Below, one piece after another: positions 39,598 to 48,181 of a DNA stretch of 64,000 bases. Position 1 is the stretch's first letter; every line of letters begins with the position of its first letter. Position numbers and translations under genes: made by a program. Location of the stretch: assembly GCA_964489445.1 (NCBI GenBank), contig CAZAYU010000001.1, forward strand, positions 274,276 to 338,275, given 5' to 3'. A model generated the notes under the pieces. It made no database searches, had not been told where the DNA came from, and saw only the letters and a list, made by a program, of their open reading frames with translations. Source of the DNA: an uncultured Planctomycetia bacterium (GTDB lineage: Bacteria > Omnitrophota > Gorgyraeia > Duberdicusellales > 4484-171).

Positions 39598-39612
39598 TGA
39601 GAATGGTTCTCA
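39598..39612. promoter_or_regulatory. Fur-box-like 7-1-7 palindrome TGAGAAT-G-GTTCTCA immediately upstream of the fur-family gene's RBS
   Basis: Read directly. Resembles the TGATAAT-N-ATTATCA Fur/PerR box. Confidence 0.4.
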
Positions 39613-39714
39613 TTACCAATAAAATATACCATTTCTTTTTCCTCTTGTCAACAAGATAAATAAGGAATAAATTTCCTTAGCAGATTACGCTTATCTAGCC
39701 TCTTAATAGATATC

Positions 39715-40479
39715 TTATTTTAATTCTGCTAATTTTCCTATCTGCTGTTTTACTTTTATAATTCGTTGCTCAGGGAATGGATGGCTTCGTAAATAAACAG
39801 GAACTTTGCTTCCAGAGTCTCTTTCAATTTCTTGAAACTTATTGAATACTTTTATCGCACCATTAGGGTCAAATCCTGCCTTGTTCATAATTTCTACCCC
39901 TAAGCTATCCGCCTGATATTCATCCTGGCGAGAATATCCTAAGGTAATTAAATTTATCGCCTGCTGTGCACCATTATTTATTTGTGCATATTCCGGTTTA
40001 TCAACTAATATAGCCCCTAAAACAGAAACTAAGCTAATGCCTAAACTAGGCCCTAATCGTTTCACAGCATGCCTTGCATCTGTATGTCCGATTTCATGTG
40101 CCAACACAAAACTAAGCTCGTTCTTATTCATGATATCTAAAAGGCCCCGATAAACAAATACATGTCCTCCAGGCAGTGTAAAAGCATTGATCTGGTCTTC
40201 ATCAATAATATAAAATTGGTAATTAAGCTCTTTCCGATAGCTACAGGCAGATAGTGTTTCACCTAGCTCCACTACATAATTAGTTTTTTGTTTATCTTTT
40301 AAGATCTTATGTTTACTGATAAAATCTTTTGCTAGGTTATTTCCCCATTCAACTTCAGCCTTATCATTTATTAGGTAAGTTTCTTTTCTCCTAGTAGCTG
40401 CATTATACTGGGTTACGCAACCACAAAAAACCAACAATATAAATATCAGGCTGCATTTTTTTATCATTCTAAAATTCAT
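39715..40479 (-). CDS. M48-family zinc metalloprotease, lipoprotein
   Basis: 254 aa. Lipobox (LLVFCGC). HEIGH zinc motif. Confidence 0.8.
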   Translation of the reverse strand: MNFRMIKKCSLIFILLVFCGCVTQYNAATRRKETYLINDKAEVEWGNNLAKDFISKHKILKDKQKTNYVVELGETLSACSYRKELNYQFYIIDEDQINAFTLPGGHVFVYRGLLDIMNKNELSFVLAHEIGHTDARHAVKRLGPSLGISLVSVLGAILVDKPEYAQINNGAQQAINLITLGYSRQDEYQADSLGVEIMNKAGFDPNGAIKVFNKFQEIERDSGSKVPVYLRSHPFPEQRIIKVKQQIGKLAELK

Positions 40480-40832
40480 TCCTGTTGATTATAATTTACC
40501 TTAATATATCCGGCTAACCCTTCTTTTTCTAAAAGAGGATATATCCGATAATCTCCCTCATCCTTAATTAAGAACCCATTAAGTAACTCAAGCTGATAAA
40601 ATTTCTGATACACTGTTGCATATCCATCCATTTGTTTTTCTATCCACGCTCCCTTAACGTTGCTAACATCATAGTTACTAATTACCACTCCTTGTTTACC
40701 AACACAAATAACATCAGAGCCAAGCTTACCATTCTTGTCACATGTACCCTTAGCCTCAGCCCCATAAACATTAGATAGCACCAATAAAGTACTGCAAATT
40801 ACTCCTAACCTTAAGCAGATAGCCTTGTTCAT
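40476..40832 (-). CDS. Small secreted hypothetical protein
   Basis: 118 aa. Signal peptide. Overlaps the M48 gene start by 4 bp. Confidence 0.4.
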   Translation of the reverse strand: MNKAICLRLGVICSTLLVLSNVYGAEAKGTCDKNGKLGSDVICVGKQGVVISNYDVSNVKGAWIEKQMDGYATVYQKFYQLELLNGFLIKDEGDYRIYPLLEKEGLAGYIKVNYNQQE

Positions 40833-40914
40833 AAATTCTCCCCCCTAATGGCAAGCACATATCCTATAATTAAATTTGTTAAACAGTCGCCTGACCAAGA
40901 AACCTATTCAGCAA

Positions 40915-42192
40915 CTACATTTTCTCCTTACTGGAAAATGCACAGACATTTTCGTCAATAATCACATCCCTTAAACTAAGTGGCTTACTCAAACTAATTC
41001 CTTCTAGACTTCGACAGCGACTTAAGGCCACATAAAGCTGCCCGGAGCTAAACGCACCTCGGCCGATATCAATGGTCACGTTTTCAAAGGTTTGTCCTTG
41101 GCTTTTATGGATTGTAATTGCCCAGGCTAATTTTAACGGATATTGGGTAAACGATCCGTCAACCTCCTGTTCTATTGATTGAGTAAAATCGTCAAATATA
41201 TACTTTATCTTTTCCCATGTAAACTTTTCTAAAATATGCACCTGATTTTCAATACGAATCTTAACTGAACTATTACTAATTTCCGCAACTTCAGCTATTG
41301 TGCCGTTAACCCATCTTTTTTCTTTATCATTATTTAATAATATTACCCGTGCGCCTGCCTTTAAAAATAGTGTTAGCTCGGTAGGGTGTAGGCTCGGATT
41401 ATAGTTCTCACTTACTAAAGCGGAATATTGATATTGTTTAGAATCAATTTTTTCTAGAAAACTCTTATTTATTCGCTCAGCGTCTTTATTGGTTGTCGTC
41501 AAAGTAATATATTCTTTTTGGACATTACTATTGTTTACCCTTTTGTTCAATATAGCAATATCTTTATCGCTGGACTTGTTCCGGCGAATTCTACCTAATA
41601 AGTCAATAAACTTCTTATCTGTTTGCCGATATGTCCGGTTCAATGAAATTCGATGCAGTTCTATCTGATCCATAACATTGGCATTAAAAAAATACGAGTG
41701 CTCATAGTATTGTTTAACCAAATGTTGTATACTCCGTTCAATCACCGGAGGAAGCTGGAAAAGATCACCAAACAAAATTATTCTTACCCCACCAAAGGGA
41801 ATATCTATCTCTCCTCTATTGATTCTTAAAGAATAGTCTATCGCATCAAGGATATCTGCTCTAACCATTGAGGCCTCGTCAATTAGCAGCAGGTCGAGAT
41901 TCTTAATTATTTTCTTCTTATCCCGGTATAATTTTTTAACTTGTTTTTCTTGAAGAAAACCCAAAGGGAAACTAAAAAAAGAGTGTATGGTTTGACCTTC
42001 AACATTTATTGCCGCAATTCCGGTAGGAGCCAAAGTAACCACGTTTTTCTTAGTAATTTCCTTAAAATAGCGCAATAGTGTAGATTTTCCCGATCCGGCT
42101 TTTCCGGCAACAAATAGATGTTTGTCAGAATTTTCCATAAATTCTAACGGCTCCTTAAACTCACCGCAAAAATCAAAATCACTATTATCCAT
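40915..42192 (-). CDS. Pif1/RecD-like superfamily-1 DNA helicase
   Basis: 425 aa. Walker A GKAGSGKST. C-terminal HKSQGQTF motif typical of the RecD/Pif1 family. Confidence 0.7.
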   Translation of the reverse strand: MDNSDFDFCGEFKEPLEFMENSDKHLFVAGKAGSGKSTLLRYFKEITKKNVVTLAPTGIAAINVEGQTIHSFFSFPLGFLQEKQVKKLYRDKKKIIKNLDLLLIDEASMVRADILDAIDYSLRINRGEIDIPFGGVRIILFGDLFQLPPVIERSIQHLVKQYYEHSYFFNANVMDQIELHRISLNRTYRQTDKKFIDLLGRIRRNKSSDKDIAILNKRVNNSNVQKEYITLTTTNKDAERINKSFLEKIDSKQYQYSALVSENYNPSLHPTELTLFLKAGARVILLNNDKEKRWVNGTIAEVAEISNSSVKIRIENQVHILEKFTWEKIKYIFDDFTQSIEQEVDGSFTQYPLKLAWAITIHKSQGQTFENVTIDIGRGAFSSGQLYVALSRCRSLEGISLSKPLSLRDVIIDENVCAFSSKEKM

Positions 42193-42200
42193 TTTATTTT

Positions 42201-43070
42201 CTATAGCCCTCTTAGTATTTCCGGTTTTAACTCAACATCTCCGTTAATGGCTGATTCTAGAATATGCAACAATTTATTTTTGTCTTTGGGGAGTACTCCT
42301 CCTAAAGAAATATAATTTGAAGCATGGTTTGCACGAAATATAGTTCCATTTAATTTAAGCCCGTTAATAATGGCATAGGACTCTTTTAGCAATTCTATAG
42401 AACTTAATTCTTGAAAGGCACCTTTTTTTATCTCCTCAGCTAGAGGCGTGCCGGGAATAATCATAAGCGAAAGAAACGAAAGATATCTAGGCTGCATTAA
42501 ATTTAAAGCTTCTATTGTACCTTTGACATGCTCTTTAGAATATTTTACTCCGCCTAAACCTAATAGCACAATAACCGAAGACTTTATTCTTACCATGGCC
42601 GCTTTATTTGCTGCTTCAATCATTTCTTCAACGCTTGAATGCTTACCGCAGTAATCCAATATCTTTTGGCTTCCACTTTCCAAACCCATATACACAAGAC
42701 TTAAGCTATGATCGCGTAATTCTTTTAATTCATGTTGGTTTCTCTGTGCTATATTATGCCCATTAGCATAACTGGAAATGCGAGAAAGCTTAGGAAAGGT
42801 TTCTTTTAGCTTTCTTAAGATTGGAAGAATCTTTTGATTGCTTAGAACAAGCGCATCGCCATCCATAAGAAATACGCGCCTTGCATTTTTATTCCAACGA
42901 AAGTACTGATTAATATCATCTAAAATTTCTTCATCATCTTTTATTCGAAACGGTTTGTTTTGGTACGCTCCGCAAAAACTACAGAAATTCACAGAACATC
43001 CCAATGTTACTTGCAATAAAAAACTATCTGCTTCTGCCGGAGGCCTTATCACCGGTTCAATAATGCTCAT
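42201..43070 (-). CDS. Radical-SAM-like protein with non-canonical Cx4Cx2C cluster
   Basis: 289 aa. GCSVNFCSFCG near the N-terminus. TIM-barrel-like periodicity. Sits 9 bp upstream of the helicase. Confidence 0.45.
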   Translation of the reverse strand: MSIIEPVIRPPAEADSFLLQVTLGCSVNFCSFCGAYQNKPFRIKDDEEILDDINQYFRWNKNARRVFLMDGDALVLSNQKILPILRKLKETFPKLSRISSYANGHNIAQRNQHELKELRDHSLSLVYMGLESGSQKILDYCGKHSSVEEMIEAANKAAMVRIKSSVIVLLGLGGVKYSKEHVKGTIEALNLMQPRYLSFLSLMIIPGTPLAEEIKKGAFQELSSIELLKESYAIINGLKLNGTIFRANHASNYISLGGVLPKDKNKLLHILESAINGDVELKPEILRGL

Positions 43071-43286
43071 ATCATTTTCGAACTATTTAGTTAGACTTTT
43101 TCTTCACTAAATTGCAAACTTTCATAAACACCTTATTTTGGATACGTCCCATCACGCACAAACAGAAAATCAATTCGTTAATTATAAAAATAATAAGGCC
43201 AAGTTTTGTTGCTTGCCAGGATTTTCCAAAATACAAAAAACAAAACTAAGACCCCTATCTTTATTGATTTAATTAAATATGACTAT

Positions 43287-44159
43287 CTACCTTGCCTGTT
43301 TTTCCTTAGTAACTCTTTCAGATAATTTATGAATAACCGAGTAAGCTTTAAGGCCATATTCATTTCCTTCTGGCGCTTTCTTTGCAATCTGCTTCAAGAT
43401 AACAACTGCATCTTTTATCTTTCCGCTATTTAGAAGAGCAACTGCCTTGCTGTATAGTATTTTTTCATCATCAGGTTTTATCAGCAAAACTTGATTAAAC
43501 ATCTCAATAGCCATATTGTAATCTTTTGTTTCTGTGCAAACCAAGCCCATTCCGGATAATGCTTCAAAACAGCGCGGATTAAATTTAATAGCTTGTTTAA
43601 AATTGAATTCTGCCTGCTGGTTAAGTTTTTGTTTTAAGTAAACATTCCCTAATTCAGCATAAAAATCTGAATTTTCCTCATCCTGCTCTATCGCCTCGTT
43701 GAAATAAGTAATTGCCTTTAGATATAATCCTTTACTATAATATAACCTCCCTAGCTTACCTAATATTTCTGGATTTTTTGGCTCTTGTTCATTAGCTTTT
43801 GTATAAAAAACAAAAGCGTCTTCATAAAGATTATTAATGTACATAAAATCCCCAAGATTAATTAACGGATACACATAATTATTGTCTAATGTGTAGGCCA
43901 GCTCCCAATTGCTTACTGCTTCTTTATATTTATTAACTTTTATTTGGGCCATTCCTAAAAAATTTAATACTTCCGGATTTTCTGGGCTAATCTGCCGAGC
44001 TTTTTCAAATATAGTTTCTGCTTTCTTAAACTTCTCCTCCTTAAGCATTCGTTGCCCTTCTTCTATGTATTCCTGCACATCGCCAGCCATAGCTCTATAG
44101 GAGAATAACATCAATCCAACAACAGCCCAAACACGGTAATCTCTAATTACTTTTTTCAC
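43287..44159 (-). CDS. TPR-repeat protein, secreted
   Basis: 290 aa. Signal peptide and multiple TPR motifs. Confidence 0.7.
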   Translation of the reverse strand: MKKVIRDYRVWAVVGLMLFSYRAMAGDVQEYIEEGQRMLKEEKFKKAETIFEKARQISPENPEVLNFLGMAQIKVNKYKEAVSNWELAYTLDNNYVYPLINLGDFMYINNLYEDAFVFYTKANEQEPKNPEILGKLGRLYYSKGLYLKAITYFNEAIEQDEENSDFYAELGNVYLKQKLNQQAEFNFKQAIKFNPRCFEALSGMGLVCTETKDYNMAIEMFNQVLLIKPDDEKILYSKAVALLNSGKIKDAVVILKQIAKKAPEGNEYGLKAYSVIHKLSERVTKEKQAR

Positions 44160-44202
44160 TTCCTCCTCCTAAAAAATTGTTTATCTTGTGTTTTTCCAGT
44201 GT

Positions 44203-44598
44203 TTACCTTACAAAATAAGCAAAAATAGTTAGCACCCCGCCAAGAGCAAACACAACAAAAGAATGTACAATTAACAAGCTTTTATTTTTATTGAAAGTGT
44301 TCATAACGACCGACACTGTATTAGGAAAAATAATCGCCCAAGCTCCTTTAACAATTGCACACCAACCAAAAAGAGTTATAATTACCGGCCATTGAGCTAT
44401 CCAAATATTATGCACAGTAATAATCGCAATCCCTACAGCAAGCGGAGCAATACTCGTAAAAAACACTACCGCGGCATTTTTGCAATAATCTTCCATGACC
44501 TTCCGGTAAAACTTCTGGTTAGTAATAATGCCAATCGATACAGAAAGCAACACTGGTCCAAGAATCCTCGCAATAAACAATGAACTATCCATACACAC
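44203..44598 (-). CDS. Small integral membrane protein (about 4 TM), unknown function
   Basis: 131 aa. Hydrophobic segments. Confidence 0.4.
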   Translation of the reverse strand: MCMDSSLFIARILGPVLLSVSIGIITNQKFYRKVMEDYCKNAAVVFFTSIAPLAVGIAIITVHNIWIAQWPVIITLFGWCAIVKGAWAIIFPNTVSVVMNTFNKNKSLLIVHSFVVFALGGVLTIFAYFVR

Positions 44599-44730
44599 CT
44601 CCCTTTTATTTAATTATACCCCGAGAATTAACAAATCTAGTATTTATTTTTTAAAAACAGAGTACCTTGTAGAAAAAAATTACTTTTGCTATCCATTTAA
44701 TAATTAATTTCTTAAATCTTTTTCTTTGAT

Positions 44731-44768
44731 AAAGAGAAAAAAGAAAAAATCTCCGCCAAAGGCGGAGA
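44731..44768 (-). terminator. Rho-independent terminator downstream of the tRNA region
   Basis: 8-bp GC-rich stem tctccgcc/ggcggaga with a 3-nt loop. On the minus strand it is followed by a T-rich run (ttttttcttttttctcttt). Confidence 0.5.
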
Positions 44769-44801
44769 CAATTCCGTAATTTCAGTTTGTAATAGTAGAA
44801 T

Positions 44802-44829
44802 TGGCTGCCCGGCCTGGACTCGAACCAGG
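44802..44829 (-). pseudogene. Truncated duplicate of the tRNA-Gln 3' end (T-arm + acceptor 3' strand + encoded CCA)
   Basis: 25 nt identical to the 3' end of the tRNA at 44930..45001. No matching 5' acceptor strand, D-arm or anticodon arm upstream. Confidence 0.5.
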
Positions 44830-44929
44830 TAAGTTTGTTTTCGCAACAGCGAAATTTCTCCAACCAAACTTCCCTAGAACCTTAACGATTAAAGACAGCT
44901 TTTATTTACAGATAGAGTTCACGGATAAG

Positions 44930-45001
44930 CTGCCCGGCCTGGACTCGAACCAGGAAACTCAGATCCAAAACCTGATGTGTTACCTATTACACTACCGGGC
45001 A
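44930..45001 (-). tRNA. tRNA-Gln (anticodon UUG)
   Basis: Hand-folded cloverleaf. 7-bp acceptor TGCCCGG/CCGGGCA. D-stem GTGT/ACAC. Anticodon loop UUUUGGA. T-arm CCTGG-TTCGAGT-CCAGG. 72 nt. Confidence 0.8.
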
Positions 45002-45065
45002 AGTATTAATCTATTTGAAAGCGGTTAAGAATATTTATTGCTCTATCTAATTTATATATTATTGT

Positions 45066-45485
45066 TTAGAGATTAGTATTTTCTGCTTCTTCTGGCGTTG
45101 ATTCCTTATTATCCACCACTACCTTTTTTTCCTGATGATGAGCATCTAGCACTTTAGTTTGAAGATAATCGCGAAACTCTTGGTTTATCGGATGAGCTAA
45201 ATCCTGATGTGTTGAATGACGACTTTCATCAACGTTTCGGGGAGATGATGGCAACTGCACACCGCAATTACTACAATATTGGCTGCCTACATCAACCTTT
45301 TTACCGCACCGCGGGCAAAACTGTTTTACTTTCCTTGCTGGCATAGCCACAAATAACCCATTGTTACCCTCAATCACTTTAATATTTCGGACCACAAATG
45401 AGTTGTCAAAGGTAACTGTTGCATAAGCCTTAAGTCGCTTTCCTTCGCTGTCTCGAAGAGAAATCCTGACCTCTGTGATCTCCAT
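45066..45485 (-). CDS. spoVG: SpoVG-family protein with C-terminal zinc-ribbon extension
   Basis: N-terminal 90 aa match SpoVG (MEITEVRI ... VIEGNNGLFVAMP). C-terminus CPRCG ... CSNCG. Confidence 0.75.
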   Translation of the reverse strand: MEITEVRISLRDSEGKRLKAYATVTFDNSFVVRNIKVIEGNNGLFVAMPARKVKQFCPRCGKKVDVGSQYCSNCGVQLPSSPRNVDESRHSTHQDLAHPINQEFRDYLQTKVLDAHHQEKKVVVDNKESTPEEAENTNL

Positions 45486-45542
45486 AGAATATACCTCCTT
45501 TTTTCTCGATACGCCTTATTGCCTTAATTAAACTTTTACCAA

Positions 45543-46436
45543 TTAAAACGTTCGAGTTTTAAATACCGCCCATTCTTTAGGAAACATATTTTTTATCTTT
45601 TCCTGCGGTATATTGTCAGAGATTGTATAAAACGCACTGCCACTGCCAGTCATTGCTGCACAAATTTTTTTCTTATCTAATTGTTCTCTTGCACTTCGCA
45701 GCTTTTTATATCCTGACAACGCTTTATTTTCGAGAGCATTGAAAATGCTCTGTTTTATTAACCCACGATCATTTGTTTCTAACGCATATTGTAATATATT
45801 AGCACTATTAAAAAATTTTGTCAATTTCGTGTTAAAGTTCTTGTAAATTTTTTTAGTCGACACAGAAAATCCCGGCCAAATAATAGAATGGGCAAATCGA
45901 TACTTAATGTCCAATGGAAAAACATTTTGGCCGCGCTCTGTTAATAAAGCAAACGAAGATTCAGAAAGAAAAAAATTAACGTCACTACCTATTTTGGCCC
46001 CTATATCATACATTCTCTTTCTTTCAATATTTAGCTTTAGAAGGTTATTCAAACCAATAAGTACAGAAGCAGCGTTAGACGATCCTCCTCCTAGCCCTGA
46101 ACCAACCGGAATATTCTTTTTTAAAAAAATATCAAACCCAAACGGAATATCAAACTGTTTTTTCAACAACAAAATAGCTTTAACAATTATATTCTGTTTT
46201 GTCGCCAACCTCTTAATGTTAGAATTAATAGAAATTTTCTTCCTCTTCGTGACCTCTAATGATACCTCATCAAACAAAGATATTCTCTCGGCTATACTTT
46301 CTATCCGATGAAAATTATCTTTATACTTTCCAAGTATATTCAAATAAAGATTAATCTTGGCAGGACTTAAAAGCTTAATTTTACTACCGTAAAATTTCTG
46401 CTGCTTTTCTAGCGATACGATTAGCGGTGAGCCCAT
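45543..46436 (-). CDS. ispE: 4-diphosphocytidyl-2-C-methyl-D-erythritol kinase (GHMP kinase)
   Basis: 297 aa. SPAKINLYL N-terminal motif. GHMP glycine-rich loop PVGSGLGGGSSNAA. The annotated start overlaps the upstream gene by 53 bp, so the true start may be internal. Confidence 0.8.
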   Translation of the reverse strand: MGSPLIVSLEKQQKFYGSKIKLLSPAKINLYLNILGKYKDNFHRIESIAERISLFDEVSLEVTKRKKISINSNIKRLATKQNIIVKAILLLKKQFDIPFGFDIFLKKNIPVGSGLGGGSSNAASVLIGLNNLLKLNIERKRMYDIGAKIGSDVNFFLSESSFALLTERGQNVFPLDIKYRFAHSIIWPGFSVSTKKIYKNFNTKLTKFFNSANILQYALETNDRGLIKQSIFNALENKALSGYKKLRSAREQLDKKKICAAMTGSGSAFYTISDNIPQEKIKNMFPKEWAVFKTRTF

Positions 46437-47310
46437 AGAAATCCATTAACTCCTCAGGTGAACCTGATTGCCCAAACTCATCTTCAATCCCAATGCGTTC
46501 TATTTTAACAGGATGTTGTCGGATTAATACTTCAGCAATAGCAGAGAATAACCCTCCTGTAACCTGATGTTCTTCACAAACAATAATTTTTTTGTATTTT
46601 TTAGCAATTTCCACAATTAACTCTTGGTCAATTGGTTTTATTGTGTGAATATTTGCCACAGCAACCTTAATCCCTATTTTTCCCAAAATATCCCTTGCTA
46701 AAAGCGCCTGGTTAACCATTATTCCACAGGCAATAATCACTGAATCGCCACTATCTTCAATCATATACCCCTTACCAACAATAAAATCCTTTCTTTTGGT
46801 AATTGTAGCAACTTTAGAGCGCCCCAAACGAATATAAAATGGACCTTGCTGTTTGTAAGCCTCAATAACTGCTAATCGTGCTTCCGGTGCATCAGCAGGA
46901 ACAATAATTCGCATGTTGGGAATTGCTCTAAAAAAATTAATGTCTTCTAATGCCTGATGCGACGCTCCATCTTCACCTACAGTTATTCCTGCATGAGAGG
47001 CAACAATCTTAACATTAAAGTTGTTATAGCAGATTTCATTTCTTACTTGGTCAAGCACTCTGGCAGTAGCAAACATCGCAAATGTAGAAGCAAAGACAAC
47101 TTTACCGCTGCTAGCTAAACCAGCTGCTGCAGCCATCATATTTTGTTCAGCAACACCAAAATTAAAAAATCTTTGCGGAAACTCTTTAGCAAATAAAGAA
47201 GTCCTAGTCGATCCAGACAAATCAGCATCTAGCACAACTAAATTATTATTTTTCTTTCCTAACTCAACTAATGTTTTTCCGTAAGCATCACGTGCGTATA
47301 TTTTTTCCAT
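46384..47310 (-). CDS. Transketolase, C-terminal (pyrimidine-binding) subunit
   Basis: 308 aa. Split-type transketolase B subunit. Confidence 0.85.
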   Translation of the reverse strand: MEKIYARDAYGKTLVELGKKNNNLVVLDADLSGSTRTSLFAKEFPQRFFNFGVAEQNMMAAAAGLASSGKVVFASTFAMFATARVLDQVRNEICYNNFNVKIVASHAGITVGEDGASHQALEDINFFRAIPNMRIIVPADAPEARLAVIEAYKQQGPFYIRLGRSKVATITKRKDFIVGKGYMIEDSGDSVIIACGIMVNQALLARDILGKIGIKVAVANIHTIKPIDQELIVEIAKKYKKIIVCEEHQVTGGLFSAIAEVLIRQHPVKIERIGIEDEFGQSGSPEELMDFYGLTANRIARKAAEILR

Positions 47311-47338
47311 TTTCTTATTTATTTTTCTATACTATTTA

Positions 47339-48181
47339 TTAAATGGATGAGCAATCATTTTTTTTCAATTCACATAAAGCAATATTCTTTTCTTCTTCAG
47401 TAGGAGCGCGTCCATGAAAATCAACAACATGCTCCATAAAAGACACTCCTTTTCCTTTTACAGTATGCGCAATTATAACTGTAGGCTTTAGCTTAACTGT
47501 TCTTGCCTCTTCAAACGACTCAAGAAGCTCTTCAATGCTATGTCCATCACACTGTATTACATGCCAACCAAAAGACTCCCATTTATTCATCAACGGCTCA
47601 ACACTCATTATTTCCTCTACTCTTCCATCTATTTGAAAACGATTATAGTCAATAATGCCACAAATATTATCTAGCTTAAAATGAGCAGCAGCCATTGCCG
47701 CTTCCCAAATATTACCTTCTTGCATCTCACCATCCCCCATAAGACAATAAACTCTTCCCGTTAAATTATCCAGCCTGGAAGCTAAAGCCATTCCAATAGA
47801 CACTGACAACCCTTGTCCTAAAGAACCACTGGAAACTTCTATTCCGGGAATTCGGCTATCTGGATGCCCTTGTAATAAGGCGCCTAACTTTCGCAGTTTC
47901 ATTAATTCATCTACCGGAAAATAACCACTCAGACTTAAAGCCGCATATACAGCCGGACAACAGTGCCCTTTAGAAAGATGAAATTTATCCCGGTTTTCTA
48001 AATTAGGATTTCCGGAATCATGTCTCATAATTTCAAAATAAAGACAAGTAATTATATCTGTCGCTGAAAGCGACCCTCCAGGATGACCACTTCCCGCACA
48101 AGCAAGCATTTTGATAATTAATTTCCGAATTTCGTTTGCTTTATTTTTTAGAAGTTGAATTTTTTTTGTCATACTCTTCAA
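47339..48181 (-). CDS. Transketolase, N-terminal (TPP-binding) subunit
   Basis: 280 aa. GDGE TPP motif. Confidence 0.85.
   Translation of the reverse strand: MKSMTKKIQLLKNKANEIRKLIIKMLACAGSGHPGGSLSATDIITCLYFEIMRHDSGNPNLENRDKFHLSKGHCCPAVYAALSLSGYFPVDELMKLRKLGALLQGHPDSRIPGIEVSSGSLGQGLSVSIGMALASRLDNLTGRVYCLMGDGEMQEGNIWEAAMAAAHFKLDNICGIIDYNRFQIDGRVEEIMSVEPLMNKWESFGWHVIQCDGHSIEELLESFEEARTVKLKPTVIIAHTVKGKGVSFMEHVVDFHGRAPTEEEKNIALCELKKNDCSSI

Noticed and set aside
44802-44900. Second full tRNA gene
   Set aside because: Only the T-arm, acceptor 3' strand and CCA are present. No complementary 5' acceptor strand, D-arm or anticodon arm can be folded from the upstream sequence. The TTTCGC-TGTT-GCGAAA hairpin there is a tetraloop, not an anticodon arm.
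44651-45028. 70-aa minus-strand and 75-aa plus-strand ORFs
   Set aside because: They overlap the tRNA-Gln gene, its truncated duplicate and the terminator. Not coding.
46384-48181. Split transketolase as a pseudogene
   Set aside because: Separate N-terminal (TPP-binding) and C-terminal subunit genes are a known natural arrangement. Both ORFs are full length with their own starts.
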